This document shows, in pieces, positions 52,594 to 62,385 of a stretch of DNA of 64,000 nt; the first letter of the stretch is position 1; the number at the start of each line of letters is the position of its first letter. The notes below the pieces were generated by a model. The model had not been told where the DNA came from and ran no database searches. It saw nothing but the letters and a program-made list of their open reading frames with translations. A program made the translations under genes and the position numbers. Location of the stretch: positions 19,220,001 to 19,284,000 of the forward strand of contig JBHGNT010000010.1 in the NCBI GenBank assembly GCA_043228905.1, read 5' to 3'. The DNA comes from Azolla caroliniana. Lineage: Eukaryota; Plantae; Polypodiophyta.

Positions 52594-53504
52594 CAAGAAA
52601 CAAAGCCGAAAATTTCTTGTACTGGACATTCATGTGACAGAAATATAAAATATCAGTCATGAATCCCCAAATTATGCAAAACACCATATAACGTGTGATG
52701 TCTCTTCCATCTTTTGCTAATTAGGTAGAAATGGCAATCAAACCTTCGTGAACACAAGAAGGAAAGGGCAACAAGAAGAGAAATAAATTGTTGCCTTTCG
52801 CAGCTGATGTCAATCTTGTGTGTTTGAAATATCTTCGATTTCATCCAAACAAAATTATAATATAGTAGTTAGTAAATAAGATGGAGTATTATGTTGTAGA
52901 GGGTTCCTCAAATCAAGAAATTGTAACATGTCATGGAGTTTTACACGCTATCTTTTGAAAGAGGCTTAACTCTATTAAGGATTCTAGGAACTAGGCTTGA
53001 AAATCTATATTACTTGTGACATTATGCCAAAAATAGGGGGGGTGTGTTTGAAGTCATGTAGAAAGCCAAGAATTTCATAGAATGCTTTAGAATGAATCTG
53101 CTCCGTTGCTAATGATTTGTATCTAAGCTCCTAAGAGCACACCAAACTTACCCCTGACTTGTTCGCGAGCATTTACAACAATATCAATGAGTTTCGGATA
53201 TTTCCCCAAATAGCCCTACGTGGTAGTAACACAGACTCTTCCCTAGGACCTTCAATGTGTTTCAGTGTAAAATTCTGGGAACTTTTAAGGGCTATTATGG
53301 TAAATATCCCAAAAATAAAGTTCTTTCTATCTATGCAAGCCGGGGGGGGAGGGGGGTGTGACTCGTGAGGGTAATTGCGTTGTTTTTGTCCGGACAAGTG
53401 TGAACGCGCGGGGAAAACGTTTGGCCACCATGACGGTCGGCGAAAACGCAAAATCAAATCAGGAAAAAGAAAAGAAAAAGCTAAAAAGAAAGCAGAGAAG
53501 AACG

Positions 53505-53545
53505 CACGTGACGAAAATCAGCGAGTCAAATTATGTGTATAAATA
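53505..53545 (+). promoter_or_regulatory. G-box (CACGTG, 53505-53510) and TATA box (TATAAATA, 53538-53545)
   Basis: Both motifs are exact matches, 27 bp apart and 170-200 bp upstream of the ATG at 53711. Confidence 0.55.
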
Positions 53546-53710
53546 ATACATTATACACATATGTCTGTCTCTGTCTGTATTTCTTTTGTGTGCGCGTTTT
53601 GTATTGAATTAGTTCTGTGCATGTAAAAAATAAATACGCAGATTCAGAAACAGAGTGTAGTGTTACCTGCTGCTGATTTGAATCCCCTGTTCAAAGCGTG
53701 GGAGTTGTTG

Positions 53711-54451
53711 ATGGCATTCTTCAAGCCCACCAAGAATCAGAACCTGCAGACATGGCGACATAGAATCATTGACCCACCACACAACAACAATAACTGTAGT
53801 AATAACAGTCCTAAATCACAGCTCAGTAATGGCGAATCAAAGCCTTTCATCAGTGCCGCTGCTGCCACTCCTCCTGAGAGGAGATCCGGTCCGTTGATCG
53901 CCTGCAGCACTAACGTCCATCCACGGCCGCCGCCATTACACGTGGATGAAGCAGAAGATGGAGGAGTGCATAGCTTGAATCTTCACGCGAAGAATGCAGA
54001 TCATGTAGAATTGCAGGGACTAAAGAGCGACTCTGATTTTAATGGACGGCAATCAGGTGGTGGCCATAGTCGACAGATTCGCCCAAGACGTAACAGTCAT
54101 AATTATAATGATGAAGAAGGTGGTGAGAAGGTGAAGGGCATTCAGACGGCCAAGATGGAGATTAATCCCAAGAATATTCACATGGATCTCAACCTCAGTA
54201 AGGATAAGAGGCGCCATGATCTTCTTGGAATTGAGGCTGATTCAGAATCTTGTTCTGCAGGGGGCCCTGCGCCATCACATTCTGCTCGCGGTTATGCAGA
54301 GTGTTTATATCGCGAGGAGATCCTAGAGAATATGTGGGACATCGATTCTATTGTGAATCTGTATGAGGAGCGTGAGGACATACTTGTGGTGCTCCCTGCA
54401 ACTCTCTATGATGATGACACCACCTTTGTTGCCGTTCTAATATCCACCTAA
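53711..54451 (+). CDS. Hypothetical protein, 246 aa, intronless; no family recognised
   Basis: A 741-nt ORF with GC above its flanks, a good ATG context (TTGATGGC), an upstream G-box/TATA and an AT-rich 3' flank containing AATAAA. No TE motifs were seen. Confidence 0.65.
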   Translation: MAFFKPTKNQNLQTWRHRIIDPPHNNNNCSNNSPKSQLSNGESKPFISAAAATPPERRSGPLIACSTNVHPRPPPLHVDEAEDGGVHSLNLHAKNADHVELQGLKSDSDFNGRQSGGGHSRQIRPRRNSHNYNDEEGGEKVKGIQTAKMEINPKNIHMDLNLSKDKRRHDLLGIEADSESCSAGGPAPSHSARGYAECLYREEILENMWDIDSIVNLYEEREDILVVLPATLYDDDTTFVAVLIST

Positions 54452-55364
54452 TTATCCTGTCTTTTCTAATCATAATAACACTAACAATAAACCCAAATGG
54501 CTTCTCTAATCTCAACCCTTAATTGTATGCATGTAAATTAAGATGCACAGTACCGATGATTTAATGATTATATTGAATACCTTGTCATTATATTAATTAT
54601 ATTTCTCAGCTTCTACTTTCTATTGGGGATCCCTCCTTTATTCACAACTTTATATGCTCGAATAACTAATAATTAATGAGTAATATTACATCACCTTTTG
54701 TTGAATGGGGATCTATGCCCCTCCTCCCTCAAGCTAATTAATTGATTAGGCAAGTTTTCATAATGCAGTGAGTTACACAGCATGACTTGATGGACACCGT
54801 GCTTGCCACTATGAATGACAATGATGTGACACTCTCGTGGCGATGCCACAATCATGACAGACTTTCTAAAAGAATAAATTATACAATATGATACAAATCA
54901 ATCGTTCAAACCACAATATGGTACTTTGGTCTAATTTTTTGAATCATAGAAAAATCCAATCTGGTTAGGCTAAGACACCAATCAAATACATCAAAACATG
55001 AATATACAATACTGCTTTGCTCTATTACATAATAACCATCGCCTGCACAGTTAGATTTATAAATAGTTTGGTTTGGCACAATTGCAGAACACATTGATCG
55101 GAACATATTAATACTTGAATGGAACTGTGGCCCTGTGTCCCAGTCAATAATATTGATTTTTGACTTCCCTTATACTCATCAAACTATGGTTGCCATATTG
55201 ATCGCACATAATCTTGTTAGACATCTATATAAAATACTTATCAGTTCTTGATACTAGTGGGATAAATTGATAATGAAAATGTATTTGCTCCCAAACATCA
55301 TTAGCAACCTGAGGAAAATCGCATAACTTCCACCCAACTCCAACAACAGTTTTCTTTGAACCCA

Positions 55365-58300
55365 TTACCTTAATAAGCTCACTAATTGCTGAAGCTCATA
55401 ACTTTTGCAATTATTTTCTAACCAATTACATTCAGCTGAGAGCTGAGAGGCGTTCTTGGCATAATATAAGGGACCAAGGTCAGCATCATGAGCTCTTGCA
55501 TTGCTTAATGTTTTAAGTTCAACATATATTTCATCCATTTCTACATTCTTCAACATGGGGTCTATGTGCTTCTCAACAAGCCTTTGTTCACATCTCATAT
55601 CCATCCTCCTTAATTCTATCTCATTGACTATTCCACCGTTAACTACTTGATCTGGAAGGATAATATCCACATCCATATAGCTAGAAATCTTGCAATCCCC
55701 AACAATATAGTCCTCCAACTGAGACATAATATGCTTTGCTACCCGATCCCCTCGTTCGAAATCCTCATGGGTTTTACAAGCACTAAGCATTGTTATCCAT
55801 AAAACTCTCTCCGGTTGTGTTGGAATCATTACAAAAAGGTCTTCTGCTCTATCAAGCTGTCCTGACCTTCCTAGCAGATCAAACAAGCAATTATAGTGTG
55901 CAGCTGTTGGGACGATACCAAATGCATTCATGGATGAGAAGAACTCACATCCTATATCCACCAAGCCAGCATGGCTACATGCAGAGAGAATGCTTACAAA
56001 GCTGATTTGGGTGGGTTCAATGCCTTCTTTGCAGTACATAAGTTGAAAGAGCTCAATTGCTTCTCTGGCATATGCATGTTGGGCATACGCAACAATCATG
56101 GTAGTCCATGAGATCACATCATGATGGGGTATATTGTAGTTGAACACAATCCGTGCATCTTCTATGTTTCCTGTGTTTGCATACACGGACATAAGAACAT
56201 TACCTAATTCCTGGTCAATCTGTATGCCTTTGTCTATTGCACATGAATAAAGTATCTGGCTTTCTGATAAGAGTGACATTCTAGCACAAACATTTAGGCC
56301 CTGAACTAAACTGATCTTATCAAAGTCCACATGATCTTGCTGCATTTGCTTAAAAAGCTGGAATATCTCAGAGGTTTGAATACCATTATCAGCCTTTATA
56401 CCGATCATAGTATTCCACGAAACAAGGTTTCTATCCTCCATAGTATCAAACGTAGTTTCTGCTGCCCTTAAGCTCCCACAATTGGCATACATATTGATTA
56501 GAGCATTACCTACGATAGGAAATTTCTCATAACTCATTTGGATGATTGACGCATGTATTATCTCTCCTTCCTTCAACGATTTTGACACAGAGCACGCCTC
56601 TAGAATCGAAACCATAGTGGATTCATTTGGCTTTACACCTTCAATTTTCATTTGCTCAAAAATCTCTGTCACCTGTTTGGCATTTCCATAAAGAGAATGT
56701 GCACTGATGATGCTATTCCATGTAACCACATTGCGCTCATGAAGAGTATCAAACATCCATTGAGCTTCCTCAAGTCTCCAACATTTCCCATACAAGTTGA
56801 TAAGAGCGCTGCTGATCATAACATCAGTTTCCATGCTGCATTCAATGATATAAACATGAATCTGCTTACCATATCCTAGAAGACACATATCTGCACATGT
56901 TGAAAGCACACAACTGAAGCTGATGTTATTTGGCTTTGCCACGTGATGATCATGTGAAAGCATCAGGTCATCAAAAGTTTCTAAACATCTCTTAACATAT
57001 CCATTCTGACCATACGCTCCAATTAATGCATTCCATGTCACCACACTTCTTTCAAGAACTTTATCAAAAACTTTTTGTGCTTCCTTTAGATTTCCAAATT
57101 TACCGTACATACTGATGAGAGAACTCCCCACAATATCATTTGAAGATACCTGGATTTCATTAGCCCAAACATGAATGATCTTGCCATGAGTTTCACTGAC
57201 CATGAGGTTAGAATTTGAACCATTTAATCGAAATCCAGATAAAAGGCTAGAAAAAGTGACACCGTTGGGTTGCAATCCTTCAAGTTGCATTTGATAAAAC
57301 AGTCTAAGTGCCTCATGCATTCGTCCAGCATTTACATCCACTGCTATCAAGCAAGACCATGAGATCACGTTATATTTTTGTTTCTGCAAGCTATTAAAAT
57401 GTACCATGTATGCATCTACTATGTTTCTGCATTTGCCATACATATCTATAAGGGCACAGGCCACCTGTTCACTGGACTCGAGACCTATTTCTACACACCA
57501 AGCATGGATAAGCATGCCATCATATAAATCAGCTGGATTTGTGCATAAACCAAGAATAATGATGAATGAAATGATATCCGGTTTCACACCTTCTAGCTGC
57601 ATCTTTGCAAAATATCTAAAGGACTCTCTTCTATATGGATGATCATGTATGCATAATATTTTGATCATTGAATTCCATATGATCACATTGCGATGAGGTA
57701 AAACATTAAATGCCTTGCATGCATCATCAATCCGTCCACACTTCCCATACATATTAACTAGAGCACCCCCGAGGACAATATCTGAAAAACCGTCCATTTC
57801 TGCAATAACTACATGAATCCGCATGCCTTCTAAGAGGGCCTCTGGTGCAGAGCATGCATGGATCAGAGTAATATATGTGATAGTGTTCAATGTCACACCC
57901 TCAATATGCATACGATTCAGAGTTTCATAGCCTCTTTCTCGGTTTAAATCCCCAGAAAATGCCTTTATCATAGTAGTCCATGAAACAACATTTCGATCCT
58001 TCATGTTTTCAAACACTGAATGCGCATCAGATATGCTACCACATTTTGCATATGCGGTCACCACGGCATTAGCAACAGACACATCAGATTCGTATCTATA
58101 TAACGCAATGAGAGAATACACACGATTACAATCAGATACACTGCCATTGCATGCATTGAGAAGTGTTATAAAAGTGACATCGTTGGGATCACAAATTACA
58201 GAGTGGTCCAATTGTTGCAACATCTGCTCAAACACGTGAAAAGCATCTTCTGAATGACCGCTTTTAACATAGATTCCTATCATGGATGTCCAAGAAACCA

Positions 58301-58688
58301 CATCTTTATTCAAGATCTCATCGAACGCAAGCTTGGCATCTTCAAGGCTATGGCACTTGCCATACATGTTGAGGAGGCAATTCGCAATAGAAATATGTGC
58401 AGATATATGCTTCTGCGTCTTTAGGATAGAATGTATGCATCTCCCCTCTGAAAGGAGCTTCCATTTCCCACATGTGTGAAGCAGAGAAAGGCAAATTTGA
58501 GTATCTAGAACATTCTGAGTGTTGTGTGTCTGTTGTTGAGCGAGCCATTGCCGAAGGTGCGAAACCTGCAGAGGTCTGACAGAGCTAGTGAAAACTGATT
58601 TGTGTGGGATATGGGTAGAATACGGGCGACGACGATGATGAGAAGGAGAACACAGGATCTTTACTCTCTGTGTTCTTCTACTCTGCAT
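55365..58688 (-). CDS. PLS-class pentatricopeptide repeat protein with E1 motif and divergent E2/E+ tail, no DYW domain; 1107 aa
   Basis: Intronless ORF with repeated P-L-S triplets (ALVNMYGKCG..DA..F, NVVSWTTMI, P..ITF.SLL.AC). P2/L2/S2 read FVSILSACSHAGLVDIG..HYNCLFDLLGRSGQLDRA, and E1 reads LWITMLSACKTHEDFERG. The N-terminus is an Arg/Ser-rich transit peptide. The first ATG is at 58688 (the ORF-track start is a TTG). Confidence 0.95.
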   Translation of the reverse strand: MQSRRTQRVKILCSPSHHRRRPYSTHIPHKSVFTSSVRPLQVSHLRQWLAQQQTHNTQNVLDTQICLSLLHTCGKWKLLSEGRCIHSILKTQKHISAHISIANCLLNMYGKCHSLEDAKLAFDEILNKDVVSWTSMIGIYVKSGHSEDAFHVFEQMLQQLDHSVICDPNDVTFITLLNACNGSVSDCNRVYSLIALYRYESDVSVANAVVTAYAKCGSISDAHSVFENMKDRNVVSWTTMIKAFSGDLNRERGYETLNRMHIEGVTLNTITYITLIHACSAPEALLEGMRIHVVIAEMDGFSDIVLGGALVNMYGKCGRIDDACKAFNVLPHRNVIIWNSMIKILCIHDHPYRRESFRYFAKMQLEGVKPDIISFIIILGLCTNPADLYDGMLIHAWCVEIGLESSEQVACALIDMYGKCRNIVDAYMVHFNSLQKQKYNVISWSCLIAVDVNAGRMHEALRLFYQMQLEGLQPNGVTFSSLLSGFRLNGSNSNLMVSETHGKIIHVWANEIQVSSNDIVGSSLISMYGKFGNLKEAQKVFDKVLERSVVTWNALIGAYGQNGYVKRCLETFDDLMLSHDHHVAKPNNISFSCVLSTCADMCLLGYGKQIHVYIIECSMETDVMISSALINLYGKCWRLEEAQWMFDTLHERNVVTWNSIISAHSLYGNAKQVTEIFEQMKIEGVKPNESTMVSILEACSVSKSLKEGEIIHASIIQMSYEKFPIVGNALINMYANCGSLRAAETTFDTMEDRNLVSWNTMIGIKADNGIQTSEIFQLFKQMQQDHVDFDKISLVQGLNVCARMSLLSESQILYSCAIDKGIQIDQELGNVLMSVYANTGNIEDARIVFNYNIPHHDVISWTTMIVAYAQHAYAREAIELFQLMYCKEGIEPTQISFVSILSACSHAGLVDIGCEFFSSMNAFGIVPTAAHYNCLFDLLGRSGQLDRAEDLFVMIPTQPERVLWITMLSACKTHEDFERGDRVAKHIMSQLEDYIVGDCKISSYMDVDIILPDQVVNGGIVNEIELRRMDMRCEQRLVEKHIDPMLKNVEMDEIYVELKTLSNARAHDADLGPLYYAKNASQLSAECNWLENNCKSYELQQLVSLLR

Positions 58689-58746
58689 CTGCAAGTGTTT
58701 CTTTCTTGGCTAGTAGTAGTAGAGTTCAGTTCACAGTGGTTCGGTT

Positions 58747-58937
58747 TAGGATCGGCAACATTTCAACTCTCTCTATCTCGATTCTCAAGTTTCTAAACCG
58801 GCTTAACCGGTTTGAGCCGGTTTGGCGAGGCTCATGCCAAACCGAACCGAGCTGAAACCGTTAAGGCAGGCTCAAGCCTAAGCCGAGCCGGTTTATCCAA
58901 ACGGTTTAGGCTTGAGCCGAGCCGTTGACGATCCCTA
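58747..58937. mobile_element. Non-autonomous hAT-like MITE
   Basis: Imperfect terminal inverted repeats TAGG-ATCGGCAAC / GTTGACGATCCCTA (hAT-type TAGGGAT end) enclose reiterated AAACCG/CGGTTT/GAGCCG motifs. An 8-bp TSD is not evident. Confidence 0.6.
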
Positions 58938-60750
58938 GTTCACACGTAAGAGTTCTAAAATTCCTACCACATTTTCTCAATACTGGTAATAAGAAAAAAA
59001 AAGGATAGAGCGACATTACATACTAAAGCATAGTATGATACATACTACATACTAAAGCATATGTGATGATACATACATATTAAAGCATAGTGTGATGATA
59101 CATGCTAAAGTATAGTGTGATACCATTGCTCGTGATGCCTCCATCGGTCTCTCAATCTATCAGTATGCCATCATATCTCAGCTTTACAAATGGGAAGAAC
59201 TTATATGGTAATATCGAATATCATGGAAGCATTGTTCGAGACATCCATCTCAATAGCTCTTTGTAAGGATCACCTTCGTTATTTGGACCACTCAAATGTG
59301 TTAGAGCCCTTAATGTTCAACTCCTTGCTTCTTTGGGTCATACCCTTTTTGTGATTTTGGTGATTGGGATACTCATAATTCGAATTTTCTCTATACAGAC
59401 TCAGGTATTAAAAAAAACATGTGAATAAGCTCCCAGTCGAGTGGAAGGCATCAATTCCTCACTCAACAAATGTCACGCTTTGCACTACATCCTCTCTAAT
59501 GATCAATCAAAGCATTGCATACGTGTGAAAATACAACATCATTGCCCGATATCACGATGCTTAGCCCTTGATCCAAGAGGATTAGTACTCAACCATTTTT
59601 GCGTGAACTAAAAAGAAACAATAAATAAATAAAAATCCTAGCCTCTTCTCTTAACGAAATCCCTCCTCCCCGTGCTTTTTAAGCACTCACAAATTATTTT
59701 AGCCACTATTTGTTTGTTTTTTCTTACGGAAAGGATGATTTAAAAATGGTATTTCAAGCATTTTGCAAACATTGAAGCCATAAGGAGAATTTTTGGCATT
59801 TTGAAGCTAACAAAATTGTGATAAAAGATTGATCAAAATTACCATCATATCCATATTTCACAATAACTTATGAGGACTACTTTGATTACATTGTTTATTT
59901 GATATAGTTAGAAAGGTGGCACATCTTAGCTACTTTAAAAAAACTACGAGTGTTTTAAATAACCTTATAAACATTGGGATAATCTTGTCATCTTTTTTGC
60001 CCATAAATATGTAGCAAAATATGTCCTCAACGCCATTAGTATTTTGGACCTTGACCAAGATGCCCCATGCCAAAAAGTTGATATACCATGAATGTTTAAA
60101 TTTAGTATTATATTTGCCTTATTAAAACAACACAGCTTCACATATATGTAAAGCATAACTAAATATATGTTGATGATTCCAACCAATACAATTACCCTTA
60201 TTATGCACCTACCATCTCCTAACCACACATTAATACCATAAAACACTCGAAATCAACATGATTTGTGAGGTGACAAGAATTGCCATTATTAAAAGCCTTA
60301 TAACTACATGTGATATTATCATCGATTACACGATGAACACGACAAAGCCATTTTTGTAGGGTAGAGGGATATCAAAGGTTGGCTAGTCTACTTTTGGGTC
60401 AAGGGTTCGATATGATAGTTTCGAAAAAAAAGGTGACCCATATGCAACGAGACATGCTCGTGGGCATATTACACGCAAGCAATTTGATTGCTAGTAACAC
60501 GACATCGATATTATTAACTCGAACTTAGAAAAACAAATGAGAAAGTTCTAGAATGATGCCAACTTTTGTCATAAGGTTTGCGAGTTGAAATAACAGAGAC
60601 AAGACGAAACATGTAAATAAAGAGAGCACCCCGGAAAGAGCTAAACGAAGAACAAAAGGAAAACGAAACTCAGTAGAAGGTTTGATAATCCTATGCTTGA
60701 TCACCACACAAAAGAAAACACCATATATGATATAATATCTCCTCGACAAG

Positions 60751-60848
60751 GCCACGTGGCACATTTCTAACCAGGGTTGGGTTTCTGACTTAACCAGGGT
60801 TGGGTTCCTGACTTAACCAGGGTTAGAAGCTCACCCTAACCAGGGTTA
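60751..60848. promoter_or_regulatory. Palindromic G-box GCCACGTGGC followed by four 23-bp-phased TAACCAGGGTT motifs
   Basis: The G-box is at 60751-60760 and the motif starts at 60768, 60791, 60814 and 60837. The block lies 170-260 bp upstream of ATG 61015. Confidence 0.6.
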
Positions 60849-61014
60849 AGTTAACTATTGGAGCAAAATAGAGGAGAGAGAGAGAGAGAGAGTGTGTGTG
60901 TGCGTGTCGGAAGTCTCATCCTCTCCTCTGTTCTAACAGAGTAGTAACGAAGAAGAAGAAGAAGCAGAAGAAGAAGAAGAAGCAGAAGAAGAAGAAGAAG
61001 AAGAAGAGGAAGCT

Positions 61015-61336
61015 ATGTCTGCTCAAGCTGCTGAGAGGATGGCTTGTCTCAGCAGAAGCCCTGCTCTTCGGCGTTTCAGCTTACCTTCGGCTTTCCTTCA
61101 CAAACCTTCTCACCACACATTCTTCAGGAGATGTTCTTCCAAACCTTATTATCTCATTCGACCTCATTCATTCGACAATGCTCAACGGCATGGCTTCCAA
61201 TGGATTGCTCTACCTTCATCTCATGCACTAAAGAAAGGCTCATCATCATCGTCACCATCATCTAGTATTGGATTTCAAAAAAGACGGTTTTGTGTTGCCT
61301 CTCCTCAGGCTGTGGTCAGTGCTCCCCCTTCCAAAG
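61015..61336 (+). CDS. First coding exon (transit peptide) of an organelle-targeted protein; the rest lies beyond the window. Weakly reminiscent of the presequence protease N-terminus.
   Basis: The ATG follows a (GA)n/(GAA)n leader. The 107 codons are rich in Ser/Arg and nearly devoid of acidic residues, ending FCVASPQAVVSAPPSK. The donor AAAG|GTATGC (phase 1) is followed by T-rich intron-like sequence. Confidence 0.7.
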
Positions 61337-62032
61337 GTATGCTTCCTAATCAACAATTTAATGTATTTCTATTACGGTTAACTTTCTCTACGAGGTTTTT
61401 GTTTGACAGTGTAATTATACTTTTGCATATCATGATCAGCATGTTAAGTTTGTTCAGGGGATGCTATAAGATTAACATTCTCATTATATTAGTTTTAGAG
61501 GTTGTTCAAATGTGTAAGCATTTTTTGCATATGAGTGACCCTCATTGTATTTGCTGTAGTTATCTGTGATGTCATTTTCATTATATTAGCTTCAGGGGAT
61601 GCTGTAAGATGGAAGCATGTTTGCATATCATTCTAATTATGGGTATGTATATAAGTTCTGTATGTCATTCTCATTATATTTACATCAAAGGGTTCATGCT
61701 CTAAGATGTGAGCATGTTTGCATATCATTCTTGTAGACATGGATGAAGAATGCTGCACATAGGTCGAAGGAAACTACTGTACTTATTATACAACAGCCAT
61801 GCATGCTATGATCAGTTTTTTGCTTGTACTTATTTGTGCACAAATTGCGAATGTAATTCTAAAGGATTTTGTATGGATAACATACCCCCTAGGAAACAGA
61901 GGAGACTATAGAACTCACAGCTTGATTCATTCAAGTGGGATGTATAAGCTTGGTTCTGTGTATTCCCAAGTTTTCTTGGTTTTTGCTTCAATTGTGTGTG
62001 TGAAATTGTCCAACAAAACATGCTTATTCCTT

Positions 62033-62385
62033 CTTTCATAGTAACCTACCTATGTAGGTTCACACCCAATTTGTCCAACAAAACATGATTAATTGTTTTT
62101 CGTGGTAACCTACCTATGTAGCTTCACACCCAAGATTATGTAATGTTAGTCTCTTCACATGCTTACTTATATTTCATGGTAACCTACCTATGTAGCGTCA
62201 CACCCAAGATTATCTAATGTGAGTCTCTTCACATACTTCTTTTTCATGGTAATCTACCTATGAAGCGTCACACCCAAGATTATCTTAATGTTAGTCTTTT
62301 TACATGCTTAATTCTTTTTCATGGTAACCTGCCGATGTAGCTTCACATACATGATTATCGTAATGTCAGTCTCTTCAAATGCAAA
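62033..62385. repeat. Imperfect tandem repeat, ~65-75 bp x5, intronic
   Basis: TTTCATGGTAACCTACCTATGTAGCTTCACACCCAAGATTAT..AATGTTAGTCTCTTCACAT recurs five times. Confidence 0.85.

Noticed and set aside
60768-60848. Repeat-spacer pattern as a mini-CRISPR
   Set aside because: The 11-bp repeats and 12-bp spacers are far too short, two spacers are near-identical, the context is eukaryotic and there are no cas genes.
61337-61569. Hydrophobic C-terminal half of the 184-aa ORF as a membrane anchor
   Set aside because: It follows a consensus donor site and is T-rich, internally repetitive intron sequence.
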